Assembly (NCBI GenBank): GCA_963514005.1
Contig: OY740790.1
Span: 46,686,001-46,750,000 of the forward strand
DNA: 64,000 nucleotides
DNA from: Raja brachyura
Taxonomy: Eukaryota
Reading direction: 5' to 3'
Shown one piece after another: positions 9,801 through 23,925 of this stretch. A model generated the notes under the pieces. It ran no database searches. It was given only the letters and a program-made list of their open reading frames with translations, and had not been told where the DNA came from. Positions within the stretch are counted from its first letter, which is position 1. Each line of letters begins with the position of its first letter. The translations under genes were made by a program, and so were the position numbers.

Positions 9801-10283
9801 AGCTAGTGCGCTGCAGTGGTAAATATGTACGTTTATTTTCATACCGTTCACTTTCCCGCAATCTTACCAAGAGCCAAAGTATCAGCAGTGCTATCTCCAA
9901 GTCACCATGCAAATTGGATATTTTGAATTAATTGTCATTGGGTTTTAATCCAAGAATTCCCATTCTTTATATCATGTCGGAATCCACCATCACTACTTCA
10001 GTCAGATAAGGAATAATTGGACATTTGCCCAAGAACACATACAATTTAAAATTTAGACAGTTCTATTGAACAGAAAGACAGCTAATAGTTTTGGACCATT
10101 TATTGTGAGGGTTGAATCAACTAGATAAGCAAATGAATGTGGGTAAAATTAGTATATACTGATGACTGTGCATTCAAAATATTTGAAGTATTCAATATTG
10201 ACATCAGAACTCTTCTCACAGTTGAATATAGTGAGTTTCAAATGTAGGATTTTAATGGGCACTTTCTTCTATTTTGTCCACAG

Positions 10284-10715
10284 GTGTCATCAGTGTCAGC
10301 ATAAAAAATGTACAAGAGGTGATCCTTGCTGCAGACATGTTGCAGTTAACTGAGATTGTGAACATGTGCAGTGGATTTTTGAAAGGGCAAATTGACCCCT
10401 CAAACTGTGTTGGAATTTATCAATTTGCTGAGCAAATTGCCTGCCATGATCTTGCCGAATTCAGTGAAAGTTATATTTATGTCCACTTTCTGGAGGTCTG
10501 TAAAACTGAGGAGTTCATGGGATTAGCCAAAGATCAATTGGTTAAAATTTTAAAAAGTGAAGAACTCCAGATTGAAGACGAATATCAAGTTTTCACAGCT
10601 GCTATGGAATGGGTTCTCCACGACATGGTCAAAAGGAAAAAGTATGTGATTGAAATTCTGGATCCTGTTCGGTTCCCTCTGCTCTCTTCACGGAGATTAT
10701 TCAAGTATATTGAAG
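10284..10715 (+). CDS. IPP: IPP coding exon 2 (BTB end and BACK domain)
   Basis: Acceptor ccacag, donor gtaatg; NVQEVILAADMLQL...IDPSNCVGI...VRFPLL; 432 nt, phase 1/1. Confidence 0.95.
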
Positions 10716-10997
10716 GTAATGTACAGTTTTGAGTATTCTATATTCCCTAGGTGATGTTGCTGCTCCTTAGGAAATAGCACAGAAAACATTAGTATACAAA
10801 TAAATTTGCAGTACAAATTTGTTTGCTGTTGTCCTCTACAACATTATTAACCCATGTGAATTACATGTTACCTGTGGATTCCTCCCATATAAATAGACAC
10901 CAGGAGCTCATAATGAGATGGGGCCTCTTTATTTCAAGGGTTCTTCACAGCCAGCTCCTTTGAAACTTACTATAAATTTAGTTTACGTTGCTGCTTA

Positions 10998-11245
10998 AAG
11001 GCCCTGTCCCACTTTCCTGAGTTACTTACAAATTCTCCCGAGTTTTCCTCTTGATTCAAACTTGGAGATGCCAGCCATAGGTACTCGGGCCTATATTTTT
11101 TACTCGTGAACATTTTTCAATATGCTGAAAAAACGTCCCGAATTACCTGATGCCCCAAGTACCTATGGCTGGAATTACAAGCCGCTACGAAATATCTACG
11201 GATTCCTACGGACTCACTACGGACATTCACCGAGTTTGAATCATG
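10998..11245. mobile_element. Truncated MITE end, possibly Harbinger type
   Basis: ttaaaggccctgtcccact start with tacgg subrepeats; no partner TIR seen. Confidence 0.35.
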
Positions 11246-11320
11246 GTATAAGAGCTGTTAATTACATGACATAGCTGCCTAGATTAGAAGGTTTCAGCTA
11301 AAGGGAGAGGTTGGATACAA

Positions 11321-12018
11321 TTTTTTTTTTTTTTTTAATATTTTTATTAAAAGTAACCAATTATAATGCTTTTAACAACTTTCCAAACGTCAACTTAATT
11401 CCATTATTTTACAAACAATGCATTAATAATTCTTCTTATACTCTATTTTTTTTGATATATAGATAGAAAAAGAATAGAACAGATATAAATCATTAAAGAT
11501 ATGATTAAATAATAATTTGATTATATATAAGAAAGAGAAAAAAAGAGAAAAAGAAAAAAGTTATCAAAAAAAAAACAAAAAACTGATAGAGTATTATATA
11601 TATATATATGTAAACAAAACAGCAATATACATTATCGATAAAGCTATTACAGATAGTAATATCCATGAGAACATGCATGTCAATCCCAATGTGAAAATGA
11701 GTCATTCCCGCCGAATCCCGCAGGGTGCCCGTCGAGCCGTGTTGCCAAGAACAGCTACTTCTCTAAATACTGTATGTATGGAGACCACATCTGTTCGAAG
11801 GAATTATATTCGTCCAATAGGACAAATCTAATTCCTTCCAGATGTAGCGTCTCCAACATTTCTGCTGCCCACATTTTAGTTGTGGGGATTGATATTCCCT
11901 TCCAAAATTTCAAAATAATTTTTTTCCCAATTATCAAACAGTAATCTAAGAAATTTCTTTGATTACCTGTAAGTGCCAAATTTAAGTCAGGGATTCCAAT
12001 TATTATTAACTTTGGGTC
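11321..12018 (-). mobile_element. 5'-truncated L1-clade LINE inserted in a CR1 fragment
   Basis: Poly(T) at 11321-11336; ORF2 C-terminus DPKLIIIGI...WKG...W..Y..YLEK; 15-bp TSD agaggttggatacaa at 11306-11320 and 12019-12033. Confidence 0.9.
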
Positions 12019-13094
12019 AGAGGTTGGATACAATTGGATTGTTTTCTCTAGAATGTTGAAAATTGAGGGGAGACTTGATAGAAACATAAAATCATGAGAG
12101 GCTTAGATAGGGTAGACAGTCAGAAAGGTCTTCCGTCTGAAGAAAGGTCTCGACCTGAGATATTACCCATTCCTTCTCTCCAGAGATGCTGCCTGCCCCG
12201 CTGAGTTACTCCAGCATTTTGTGTCCATAGATAACCTTTTTTTAGGGTGGAAATGGTCAACACTAGAGGGCATAGCTATCAGGCGAGAGCGGATAGTTTG
12301 ATGGAGATGTGCGGGGCATGTTTTTTATATATGTGGTGGTGGGGTCCTGGAACGCATTGCCAGGGATTGTGGGAGGGGCAAATACGATAGTGACATTTAA
12401 GAGGCTTTTGGATAGGCACATGGAAGTGCAGGGAATAAAGGGATATGGATCATGTACAGATAACATCAGTTTAGCTAGGCATCATGTTCGACACTGCATT
12501 GTAGGACAAAGGGCCTGTTCCTGCCTTGTTTTATGTTCTATAACAATTGCAAAATAAGCTATTGTTGTAAAGCAACCATTATTTATAGTCAATAGTACAT
12601 TTTATTTCTGATTTTGTTCTGATAAATGTTACATATTTTATTGGTCACCAGCTCACTTAATTTCTGTGATCTTCTCACTGGTATAGTGTCACTTACACTG
12701 AGCTTACCAGTTCCCCAGATGTTGTTGGAATGTTGTTCATCTCCCGATTCATGATGTTGCCTTATTGCCGCTGTTGTCTCATCACTGCTGTTGTCAACAA
12801 TATCTCAGGTTGCATTCTTTTAATGCATCAATTGTCTTTGCAATACCTCTGGGAAAAGGCCAGATAATAATTGAATCTATTATCAATTTGTACTAAGTTA
12901 TTCTCAGTCCCAGATACTTTTCACCAGAGCCTCAAAATCCCACATATGGATCCCTTCCTTGTTGGGAGGTACTTGTATGCCTGAAGAAGGGTCTCAACCC
13001 AAAACGTCATCCATTCCTTCTCTGCAGAGATGCTGCCTGTCATGCTAAGTTATTCCAGCTTCTTGTGTCTATCTTCAGTTTATAGAAAATAATA

Positions 13095-14925
13095 GAAAAT
13101 CTATAAAAACATAGAAAATAAGTGCAGGAGTAGGCTATTCGGCCCTTCGAGCCTGCACCGCCATTCAATATGATCATGGCTGATCATTCAACTCAGTATC
13201 CTGTACCGGCCTTCTCTCCATACCCCCTGATCCCTTTAGCCACAAGGGCCACATCTAACTCCCTCTTAAATATAGCCAATGAACTGGCCTCAACTACCTT
13301 CTGTGGCAGAGAATTCCAGAGACTCACCACTCTCTGTGTGAAAAATGTTTTCCTCATCTCTGTCCTAAAGGAATTCCCCCTTATCCTTAAACTGTGACCC
13401 CTTGTTCTGGACCTCCACAACATCGGGAACAATCTTCCTGCATCTAGCCTGTCCAAACCTTTAAGAATTTTGTAAGTTTCTACAAGGTCCCCCCTCAATC
13501 TTCTAAATTCTAGCGAGTACAAGCTAAGCTAATGTCAGAACTTTCCTCATATGAAAGTCCTGACATCCCAGGAATCAGTCTGGTGAACCTTCTCTGTACT
13601 CCCTCTGTGGCAAGAATGTCTTTCCTCAGATTTGGAGACCAAAACTGTACGCAATACTCCAGGTGTGGTCTCACCAAAACCCTGTACAACTGCAGTAGAA
13701 CCTCCCTGCTCCTACACTCAAATCCTTTTGCTATGAATGCTAACATATCATTCGCTTTCTTCACTGCCTGCTGCACCTGCATGCCTACTTTCAATGACTG
13801 GTATACCATGACACCCAGGTCTCGTTGCATCTCCCCTTTTCCTAATCGGCCACCATTCAGGTAATTGTCTACCCTCCTGTTTTTGCCACCAAAGTGGATA
13901 ACCTCACATTTATCCACATTATACTGCGTCTGCCATGCATTTGCCCACTCACCCAGCCTATCTAAGTCATCTTGCAGCCTCCTAGCATCCTCCTCACACC
14001 TAACACTGCCCCACAGCTTTGTGTCATCCGCAAACTTGGAGATGTTGCATTCAATTCCCTCGTCCAAATCATTAATATATATTGTAAATAGCTGGGGTCC
14101 CAGCACTGAGCCTTGCGGTACCCCACTAGTCACTGCCTGCCATTCTGAAAAGGACCCGTTTACTCCTACTCTTTGTTCCCTGTCTGCCAGCCAGTTCTCT
14201 ATCCACATCAATACTGAACCCCCAATACCGTTTGCTTTAAGTTTGTATGCTAATCTCTTATGTGGGACCTTGTCGAAAGCCTTCTGAAAGTCCAGATATA
14301 ACACATCCACAGGTTCTCCCTTATTCACTATACTAGTTACATCCTCAAAAAATTCTATAAGATTCGTCAGACATGATTTACCTTTCATAAATCCATGCTG
14401 ACTTTGTCCAATGATTTCACCGCTTTCCAAATGTGCTGCTATCCCATCTTTAATAACTGACTCTAGCATTTTCCCCACTACCGATGTTAGACTATTTGGC
14501 CTGTAATTCCCCGTTTTCTCTCTCCCTCCCTTTTTAAAAAGTGGGGTTACATTAGCCTCCAATCCTCAGGAACTACTCTGGAATCTAAAGAGTTTTGAAA
14601 AATTATCACTAATGCATCCACTATTTCTGGGGCTACTTCCTTCAATTTACCTAACACCACTTCCCGGCTAACCTGGATTTCACTCAGTTCCTCCATGTCA
14701 TTTGACCCCCGGTCCCCTGCTATTTCCGGCAGATTATTTATGTCTTCCTTTGTGAAGACAGAACCAAAGTAGTTATTCAATTGGTCTGCCATGTCCTTGT
14801 TCCCCATGATCAATTCACAAGTTTTTGACTGCAAGGGACCTACATTTGTTTTAACTGGCCTTTTTCTCTTCACATATCTATAAAAACTTTTGCAGTCCGT
14901 TTTTATGTTCCCTGCCAGTTTTCTG
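13095..14925 (-). mobile_element. 5'-truncated CR1/HER1 LINE, RT domain, disrupted
   Basis: NYRP, YLDFQKAFDKVPH, GVPQGSVLGP, KFADDTKL motifs; several frameshifts. Confidence 0.92.
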
Positions 14926-15639
14926 AATCTGAATGTTGGACTAATTTCAAACATACTTTTCTCAGGCAAATCATGATTATCAAAGAGAGATCTTAATTCT
15001 TCAACTGTACAGTCTACTGCAATGCATGAGCCTACGTATTTGACACCAAACTATTTCAAATGCCTATCAATTAGCCCCAAAGTTTGTATCTGGCTTTCTT
15101 TCAAAGGTTAATATGAATATGTTGTAAAAGTTTTAATTGTTATTTATATTGCCTTTGATGCAATGATTTTTTGCCTTCACGCAGATCTATGTCTGAATCT
15201 ATTTAGCCAATCATTTTGCACTTATAGACTCTGTCAAAATTTAGACTCCTTGTTTACTCCTGGCTCTTTCCACAGTTGTCTACCACAAACATTTAGTTAT
15301 TTGTACATTGTTACTTATTCCTACGGTCATCTTGACAAGACATCTAATATAACATTTTGTATGGTGCTCGATGCAAGCTATCAGAATGGTAGTGATGGAG
15401 TAGTACAGTCCAGACTCAAAATGCTGGAGTAACTGAGCGGGACAGGCAGCATCTCTGGAGAGAAGGTATGGGTGACGCTTCTTCAGACTCATTCCTTCTC
15501 TCCAGAGATGAGGATTGGAGGCTAATGTTTGCTGAGTTATTCTAGCATTTTGTGTCTATCTGGTTTAAAACAGCATATGTAGCTCCTTCCTTAATGAGTA
15601 GTACAGTTTATCTTTACATCACAATAGAAATTACAGATT

Positions 15640-16370
15640 TTAGACCCAGTTAGGTTAGCAGAGTTGTATGGTACAATAGATGGAGCAAAGGGAAAGATGC
15701 AGAGTGCAGAACATAGTTCACAGCATAGCAGAGCACCAGCTCCAAATACCATAAATAATGGAAGGACCATTCAGAAGCCTGATAACAGGGGAAGAAGCTG
15801 TTCCTGAGTCTGGAGATACAGCTTTCAAGCTTGTACACCTCCTACCAGTGAAGAAGGAATGACTGGGATGGAACGAGTTTTTAATTATGTTGGCTGCTTC
15901 TCTGACGTGGAGTGAAGTGTAGATGGAGTCAATGTACAAGTCTGGTCACTGTGATAGACTATGATATATCTATAACTCTCTGAAATCTCTTGCAGTCTTG
16001 AGCAGAGCTATTCCAAAGCCAAGCTGTGATGCAAGCCAACTAGACTTTCTATAGTGCATCTGTAGAAGTTTGTAAGAGTCAATGGAGACATACCGACCTT
16101 CATCAGTCTCCTCAGGAAGTAGAGATGTTGGTGTTCCTTCTTGGCTATCACATCAATTGTGGTTGGTTCACAACATATCACTGGCATTATTACTGCCAAG
16201 GAACCTGAAGCTCTCAACCATTTCCACTTCCTCACAAATTATGCTGATTAGGGCATGATCTCCATCATGCTTCTTGTGGTCTATAACTGGCTCCTTTGTC
16301 TTGCTGGTGTTTAGGGAGCGGTTATTGTCCTGACTCCATACAACAAAGTTCTTAATCTTCGTGTACTCCA
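15640..16370 (-). mobile_element. Rex1/Babar LINE 3' fragment
   Basis: QHLYFLRRL...LTNFYRCTIES; RLRNSFFP. Confidence 0.7.
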
Positions 16371-17068
16371 TCTCATCAATAAAAAGAAGAGGAAAATTAT
16401 CTGAAGTGTGAGAATTAATATTGAGTCATTTTAGGTCTGGGCAGTTTGCAGCCTGCCCAAATGAAACATGAGTGTTGTGTTATTCCTTAAGCTTACGGTA
16501 AACCTCATTTAACAGTGGAGGGGCCACTCTGGGACCGTGGGAGAGGGATGGTGAATTAAAAGGGCAGACAACCTGAAGCCATTCACCAGAAGGGTAAAAA
16601 ATAAGGGATCATTAATTAAAGATTGACAGAAATATCTTTACCCATAACATGGTGGAATCCAAAACTGCCTGCAAGAGTGGTAGAGGCGGAACTGCCTGTG
16701 TTCTTTAACCATTATTGAGTTATTTAACTCATTATTGATCTGCAAAGGTGCAATGGTCAAAATATCTTTGCATCATATAGTCTATTTTAAGAATTATTTT
16801 ATTCCAAACAGGATTGTTACAATGCACAATGATTTACTTTCTGTCTAGCATTGATATAAAAGCTATGTGTCATTGGTTCTGAGGATTAAAGCATTTTGCA
16901 GCTCTAAACCGAGGAACATGGCAGTGGATGCGGACTCTCCTGCCGTAACCATTTCTGGCACTACTTGTACTCGCATGACTCAAAGTCAGTGTTAGAGCTC
17001 CTGCCACTTTCTGTGCCATTTGCCTACATACTGCATTAATGCTAGCATGCTGCGCTAGTCAAAACACT

Positions 17069-17264
17069 TCTATATTTTTGGAGGACAGAGGTGTATTTTG
17101 CATGCTTGTTTGAATATTAGATTTTGCATGTTTTCATCTTGGGCTGGAAACATCCATAAATCCACGCGTGAATTCTTTTGCCAACAAGTGATCCAAGAGA
17201 GTTAGATAGAGCTCTTAGGAGTGGCGGAATCAAGGGATATTAAATTAAAGACAGGAACAGGGTA
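17069..17264. repeat. Left copy of 196-bp direct repeat flanking the L1
   Basis: Matches 21286-21481 except 17259 a / 21476 g. Confidence 0.92.
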
Positions 17265-20200
17265 TATAAGGTATATCACTCTTCATTTATACATAAATCT
17301 AGAGGAGTTGCAATAATTATCCGTAAAGGTATACCTTTTAAACAAAGTACTATAATAGAGGACAAAGAGGGTAGATATGTAATAATTACAGGGGAATTAT
17401 ATTCACAGAAAGTAATTTTGGTGAATATATATGCCCCTAATTTTGATAATCCTTTATTTTTTAAGAAAATATTTAATAATATCCCTATTTCCACTCAATA
17501 TAATGTAGTTATTGGGGGTGATTTTAATTGCACCTTAGATAGCTACCTAGACAGGTCTTCTACAAAAAGGAAAGCTACCTCTAAATCAAGTAAACTTATA
17601 AATTATTTTATTAATACATCTAATGTTAAGGATATTTGGAGATTAGATAATCCATCCGGACGAGAATACCTCTTTTTCTCGCCCGTATATGGAACTTACT
17701 CTAGGATAGATTATTTTCTAATAGATTCAAAATTACTACCTTTTACGTATGATGCAAAATATCACAATATTATTATTTCAGATCATGCGCCACTAACATT
17801 CAAGATAAAATTAAAAGATATACTTAATAAAACTACTACTTGGAGATTTAATCCCCAGATATTAAAGGATAAGGACTGTTGTAAACATGTAGTGGAACAG
17901 ATTAAACTATTTTTTGAAACTAATGACAAACCTGAAATTTCACCATCATTACTTTGGGACACATTTAAAGCATTTATGCGTGGTGCAATAATATCAGCAC
18001 AGGCTTATTTTAATAAAGAAAATAGAAAGATGGAACAAAAGTTAGAAAATGAGATAAAACAACTAGATAGTGAAAACATAAAACACCCTTCTAAAGAGTT
18101 AAGTAATAAAATTGCAATAGTAAAATATAGACTAACTAAAATATATTCTAACCAAGTCATCAAAAGTTTTTCAACAAACCAAACAAGTGCACTTTGAATT
18201 TGGAGACAAACCACAAAAATTGCTAGCACGACAACTTAGAAAATTAGAAGATGAAAAAATGATACATAGAATTAGATCTGCGCATGGAAATATATTGACG
18301 ATACCAAAAGATATTAATGACAGATTTCTACAATATTATCAAAATCTTTATTCATCTAAATTAACAGGACAAACAGATGGTATGGAAACATTCCTACAAG
18401 AATGTCAAACTAATAGTCTAGATCAGGAAGGTAGACATTTGTTAAATGCTGAAATAACAGTAAAAGATATTGAAGAATCAATTAGTTTGTTAAAGAATGG
18501 AAAAGCAGCGGGCCCTGATGGCCTGAGTGCAGAATTTTATAAAAAATTTCAAGATCTGATTTCCCCGAGATTACATACAGTGTATAGATATGCATATGAA
18601 CAAGGCAAATTACCAGAATCTTTAAATGAATCCACAATTACACTCATTCCTAAGGCAGATAAGGATTTGGAAGATCCAGGATCATATAGAGCGATTGCCC
18701 TTCTAAATACAGACCAAAAAATATTAACTAAAGTTTTATCCCGGAGATTAAGTCTGGTGATTTCTAAATTAATACATTATGATCAAACAGGTTTTATTCC
18801 AAAACGCTATTCATCCCATAATCTTAGACGCTTGTTTAATATTATATATTCAAAAAGAGTACGGGACAAGGAATTAGCGGTTGTATCGCTAGATGCAGAA
18901 AAGGCATTCGATCAGGTGGAATGGTTATATTTATTTAATATAATGGAAAAGTTTCAATTGGGGGATAGATTCTGTAAATGGATAAGAATTTTATATTTGA
19001 ATCCTACGGCAAGAATCTTAACTAATCAAATATTATCAGCTAAATTTAAGCTCTCTAGGGGATGTAGACAGGGATGTCCGTTATCACCTTTACTATTTGC
19101 TTTGATGATAGAGCCTTTGGCGGAAAGAATTAGATCTGAACCTGAAATATACGGCTATAATACTGACACAACAACTAACAAAATATCTTTATATGCAGAT
19201 GATGTTTTGATTTATATTACAAAACCGGAAATTAGTATACCTAAGCTGTTTAATGTTATAACTAAATTTGGCACATTTTCAGGATTTAGGATTAATTGGA
19301 ACAAAAGTGATATTATGCCTATAACGGGAATAAATTTAAATATATTACAACAATACCCACTAAAAATAGTTACAGACAAATTTAAATATTTAGGAATTAT
19401 TGTAACTAAATCTTATAATTCACTAATTAAATCTAATTACCCTCTATTACTAGATAAACTTAAAAAAAATATTTTGTATTGGAAAACACTTCCTATATCT
19501 ATGATTGGTAGAATAAATGCTATAAAGATGGTGTTTTTACCACAATTATTATATTTGTTTCAGGCTATTCCTTTTTTTCTCCCCAAGACTTTTTTTTAAA
19601 AAAAGATAATATTATTAATAGTTTTATTTGGGATTATAAAAATCATAGAATAAGTAAAAAACATTTATGTAAATCTAAGATAAATGGAGGATTAGCACTT
19701 CCAAATTTTTTATATTATTTTTGGGCAGTCCAGATTAAGAATATGAATTTCTGGTGGGTAAATATGGATCATGAACCAAATAAAGATGGAAAAGGAAGAC
19801 TGTTTACCTTATAATGTAGGCTCGATTCTCTTTGCCCCAAAGGAAGTACAAAAAAAAATTTATAGGGACAACCCTATAATTTATAATAATAGACGTATTT
19901 GGAAACAAATAGTTAAGACTTTACATCTAGATAATCTTTCACTTAGACTACCAATTACGAATAACCCATTATTTAAACCCTCTATATTGGATGGGGGGTT
20001 CAGACATTGGGATGATTTAGGAATTAAAAGGATAGAGCACCTTTATAGAAAAGGAAAATTTCTTTTATTCCAAGAGTTACAAGATATCTACGGATTGTCT
20101 CCGCAACACCTGTTTAGGTACTTACAAATTAGAGATTATATTAAATCCAATACACAAGATTATAAAAATAAAGAACCAGGATTATTAGATGAATTGTTAA

Positions 20201-21285
20201 TTTGCACCCAAATACAGAAAAACTAATAGCCTATATATATAACATAATTTTGGATAAGGAGAACCCAACAACTGAAACATATCATCAAGCATGGGAAAAT
20301 GAAATTGGTTTATCTATAACAAAAGAAAATTGGGAAGAAAGTTTACAGCGAATACACTGGTGTTCATTAAATGCCAGACATACATTGATACAATTTAGAG
20401 TACTATATAGATTACATTATTCAAAAACTAAATTAAGTAGTATCTTTCCCAATCTCTCTTCAATTTGTGATATATGTAAGAATTTAGAAGCAAATTTAAT
20501 ACACAGTTTTGCTACATGTCCCAAATTGAATTACTACTGGACAGAAATTTTTTAAGTTATTTCTGAAGTTCTTAAAATTAGATTGGACCCTGACCCAAAG
20601 TTAATAATACTTGGAATTTTGGATTCAAATTCGGTACTTACAGTAAATCAAAGAAATTTCTTTGATTACTGTTTGGTAATAGGGAAAAAAATCATATTGA
20701 AATTTTGGAAGGGAACGGTATCCCCCACAATTAAAATGTGGGCAGCAGAAATGTTGGAGACGTTACATTTAGAAAGAATTAGATTTGTCCTATTGGACAA
20801 ATATAATTCCTTCGAACAAATATGGTCTTAATATATACAGTATTTAGAGAAGTAGCTGTTCTTGACATCACAACTCGGCGGGTACCCTACGGGATTTGAT
20901 GAGAATAATTTATTTTTATACTAGGATTAATATGCATGCCTTTATTGATATTATCATTTGTAATAGTTTTAGTTACAATATATTTTGTTGTTTTTCATTT
21001 ATATATATATATATAATATCTTTTTACTTTTTGTTAACCTTCTTTCCTTTCTCTTTTTTCTTTTTCTCTTATATATATAATCAAATTATTATTTAATCAC
21101 TCCCTTATTGATTTAAAACTGCTCTACTCTATCCTTATCTTTATCTCCAAAAAAATAGAAGATAATAACTTTCAACGGGTTATTTGAAAAAATATGGAAT
21201 TAAGTTGATGTTTGTAAATCTGTTTACACTATTGTAAATTGATTACTTCTAATAAAAGAAATTAAATATGAAAAAAAAAAAAAAA
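17265..21285 (+). mobile_element. L1-clade LINE, truncated within the APE endonuclease; ORF2 with frameshifts; poly(A) tail
   Basis: NIYAPN, GGDFN, SRIDY, SDHAP (APE); LDAEKAFD, RQGCPLSPLLF, YADD (RT); C..C...H....C; A15 at 21271-21285. Confidence 0.95.
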
Positions 21286-21481
21286 TCTATATTTTTGGAG
21301 GACAGAGGTGTATTTTGCATGCTTGTTTGAATATTAGATTTTGCATGTTTTCATCTTGGGCTGGAAACATCCATAAATCCACGCGTGAATTCTTTTGCCA
21401 ACAAGTGATCCAAGAGAGTTAGATAGAGCTCTTAGGAGTGGCGGAATCAAGGGATATTAAATTAAAGACAGGAACGGGGTA
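21286..21481. repeat. Right copy of 196-bp direct repeat
   Basis: Begins immediately after the poly(A). Confidence 0.92.
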
Positions 21482-22309
21482 CTGATTGTGGATCAGCCAT
21501 GATCACATTGAATGGGGGTGCTGGCTCGAAGGGCCGAATGGCCTACTGCTGCACCTATTGTCAAAAAAAGTTGGTACTTTTTGTAATTAGTCATCTCCCC
21601 TGACCTTTGATCTTTGTTCATAAACTTGCAATGCTTCACAATTTATGATGGATTGAGATTAAGTGATTTTGTAGCTTATCTATTTTATTCAATGAAGCAC
21701 CAAATGACCTAGCAGGTGCGGTTGGTTGATGTGCATTTGTAAAGTATTTTGTTCTCTTTCCCAAACAAAATTCACATTGTGTTCATGAATGGACTTTGCC
21801 TTCAATTAAAAAAATAAATGTAATATCAGAACTACAGAGCTCTTGTGCTTTGTTGTAGGCTCAGAGACATCTAATTTTGCTGTCAGTGACTATTCTGCTA
21901 TTTTTTACTGTCAACCCTTTCAACAGTGAACAGGCAGGTTTTTTATGAGGGATCAATTTTGTGAGTGCTATCTTGTTTATGTCATGTACGCTTCAGCACC
22001 TCAACACGTCACTTAGGAATTTGTAGACTCATTTAGACTGATCTTGTCATTAGGGATGGTTGTTATCCTTTGTCATAAGATTCTCGTTACCAATGCACAA
22101 CATTGTGGCGTCCTAACATCAAATTAAGTCAATTTTCAGAATATACAGGCAAATTCATAAAAGAGCTGATGGGGTCAAAACAAAGAATATGGTCTTCTAG
22201 ACCACCTCACCAACTTCCTCTCTGAAATAGCCAATAATACATTGTCACACTACATAATAGAATTCTTTATATGATGCACTCTTTAATAAAACCATCTCAA
22301 AGCAACAAG

Positions 22310-22545
22310 GCACAAGAGATTGCAGATGCTGGAGTCTGCCTCCTGTTTCCTGCAAATTAAAGATGTAGCCATGGACACTCACCTAGGCCCGAGCTGTACC
22401 TGCCTCTTTAATGGCTACGTGGAGCAGTCTTTGTGCCAAATTTTCTACAGCACCATTTCCCAACTACTAATTTTGCAGTCCAGATGAAAGGCCTCTACTC
22501 AAAATGTAGCTGTCCATTTCCCTGACTCACTAAGTTGCTCCAGCT
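22310..22545 (+). mobile_element. Penelope-like element remnant with RT fragment
   Basis: FLQIKDVAMDTHLGPSCTCLFNGYVEQSL at about 22347-22433 resembles the PLE RT motif QxxGVAMG..GP.YA.LF; bounded by the recurrent terminal repeat. Confidence 0.6.
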
Positions 22546-22639
22546 GTGCTCCCTTTTTCACTCAAATTGGCACTTATTGATCATAACATTACAAGTTCCA
22601 GAGCTGTGAAGAAATTTGTGATTTGCTTAAGTTGTAAAA

Positions 22640-23050
22640 AATTGTCCTAAAAATGAAAATTATCAACTTCAAGAAGCATGGTGGAGTACATGCCCCAATC
22701 AGTATCAATGGTGCCGAAGTGGAAATGGGTCAGAGATTCAAGTTCCTTGGTGTGAATTTTACCAATCACATGTCATGAACTAACCACATTGATGCAACCA
22801 CAAAGAAGGCATAACAATGCCTTTACTTCTTGAAGAGACTGATGAAATTCGGCATATCTCCAATGAGATCTACAGATGTATCATAGAAAGCATGCTCTTG
22901 GATTGCATCTCAGTTTGAGAAAAGTTGTATGCAAAACCACAAGAAATTCAGAGGGTTGATGTAGCCCAGTCCATCACACGGACCAGACTTCCCACTGTTG
23001 ACTTCATCTGCTCTCCATACTGCTGCTGAAAAGCAGCCAACATAATCACA
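22640..23050 (+). mobile_element. Rex1/Babar LINE fragment
   Basis: Degenerate FKFLGV and LYFLKRL-like sequence. Confidence 0.55.
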
Positions 23051-23664
23051 GACAAAGTGCTGGAGTAACTCAGCGAGTCGGGCACAACTGAAGAACATGG
23101 ATAGGTGACGTTTCAGGTCGGAACCTATATGTGACAATAATAAACCTAAACCCATACTATTTCTTCATTGTGCACAGGCAGCAGTGGTAAAACTCTCCGA
23201 TCTCATCTCAAATGGAAGTGCTAACTAACTTTTATGATAAATAAAATGATCGCAGTTCTATTAGATATTTTAATCGGATACAATTATTAATGCATTTAAG
23301 TTGCTAGTTTTGTTTCAGATTGCTCTGCTGGTGAGCTGGCAGTGAGCAATGATGGAGTTTTAGACCCAGGTTTCTCGCAGCACACCTTTCCCACTCACCC
23401 ACCTCCCTCCCCTTCATTCTCAGCCTTACTAACGTTAAACTGGAAATTGTTTGTCAAGAAGCTCTTTAGCTGTTGGCAACATTACTAATTATTCTATGAT
23501 CTTTGCTCAATAGACCTCACCTTGTATTGTAATGTCCATGGAAAGTAATTCTGCCTAGCCGAGGAATGGCGAGCCCAATATAAAAATATTCCTGCCAAAC
23601 CAGAATCATCTCAGAATTTTCTCACAGGTGGGATGGGGATGGGATGAGCAATATTGTAAATAGG

Positions 23665-23925
23665 GCAACATAGCGGTGCAATGGTAGAGCTGCTGCCTCA
23701 CGTGCTAGAGACCCGGGTTCTGTCTGTGCTAAGTTTGTATGTTCTCCACATGGATTTTTTCCAGATGCTCTGATTTCCTCCCATATTCCGAAGACATGCA
23801 GGTTTGTAGGTTAATTGGATTCTGTAAATTGTCTCTAGTATGTAGGTAATTAGAACTACTGTATGGGGATCAATGCTTAACGTGGTGTCGATGGGCCAAA
23901 GAGCCTGTTTGCACACTGTATCTTT
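23665..23925 (+). mobile_element. HE1-like tRNA SINE, degenerate
   Basis: Aligns by eye with 9486-9800. Confidence 0.7.
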
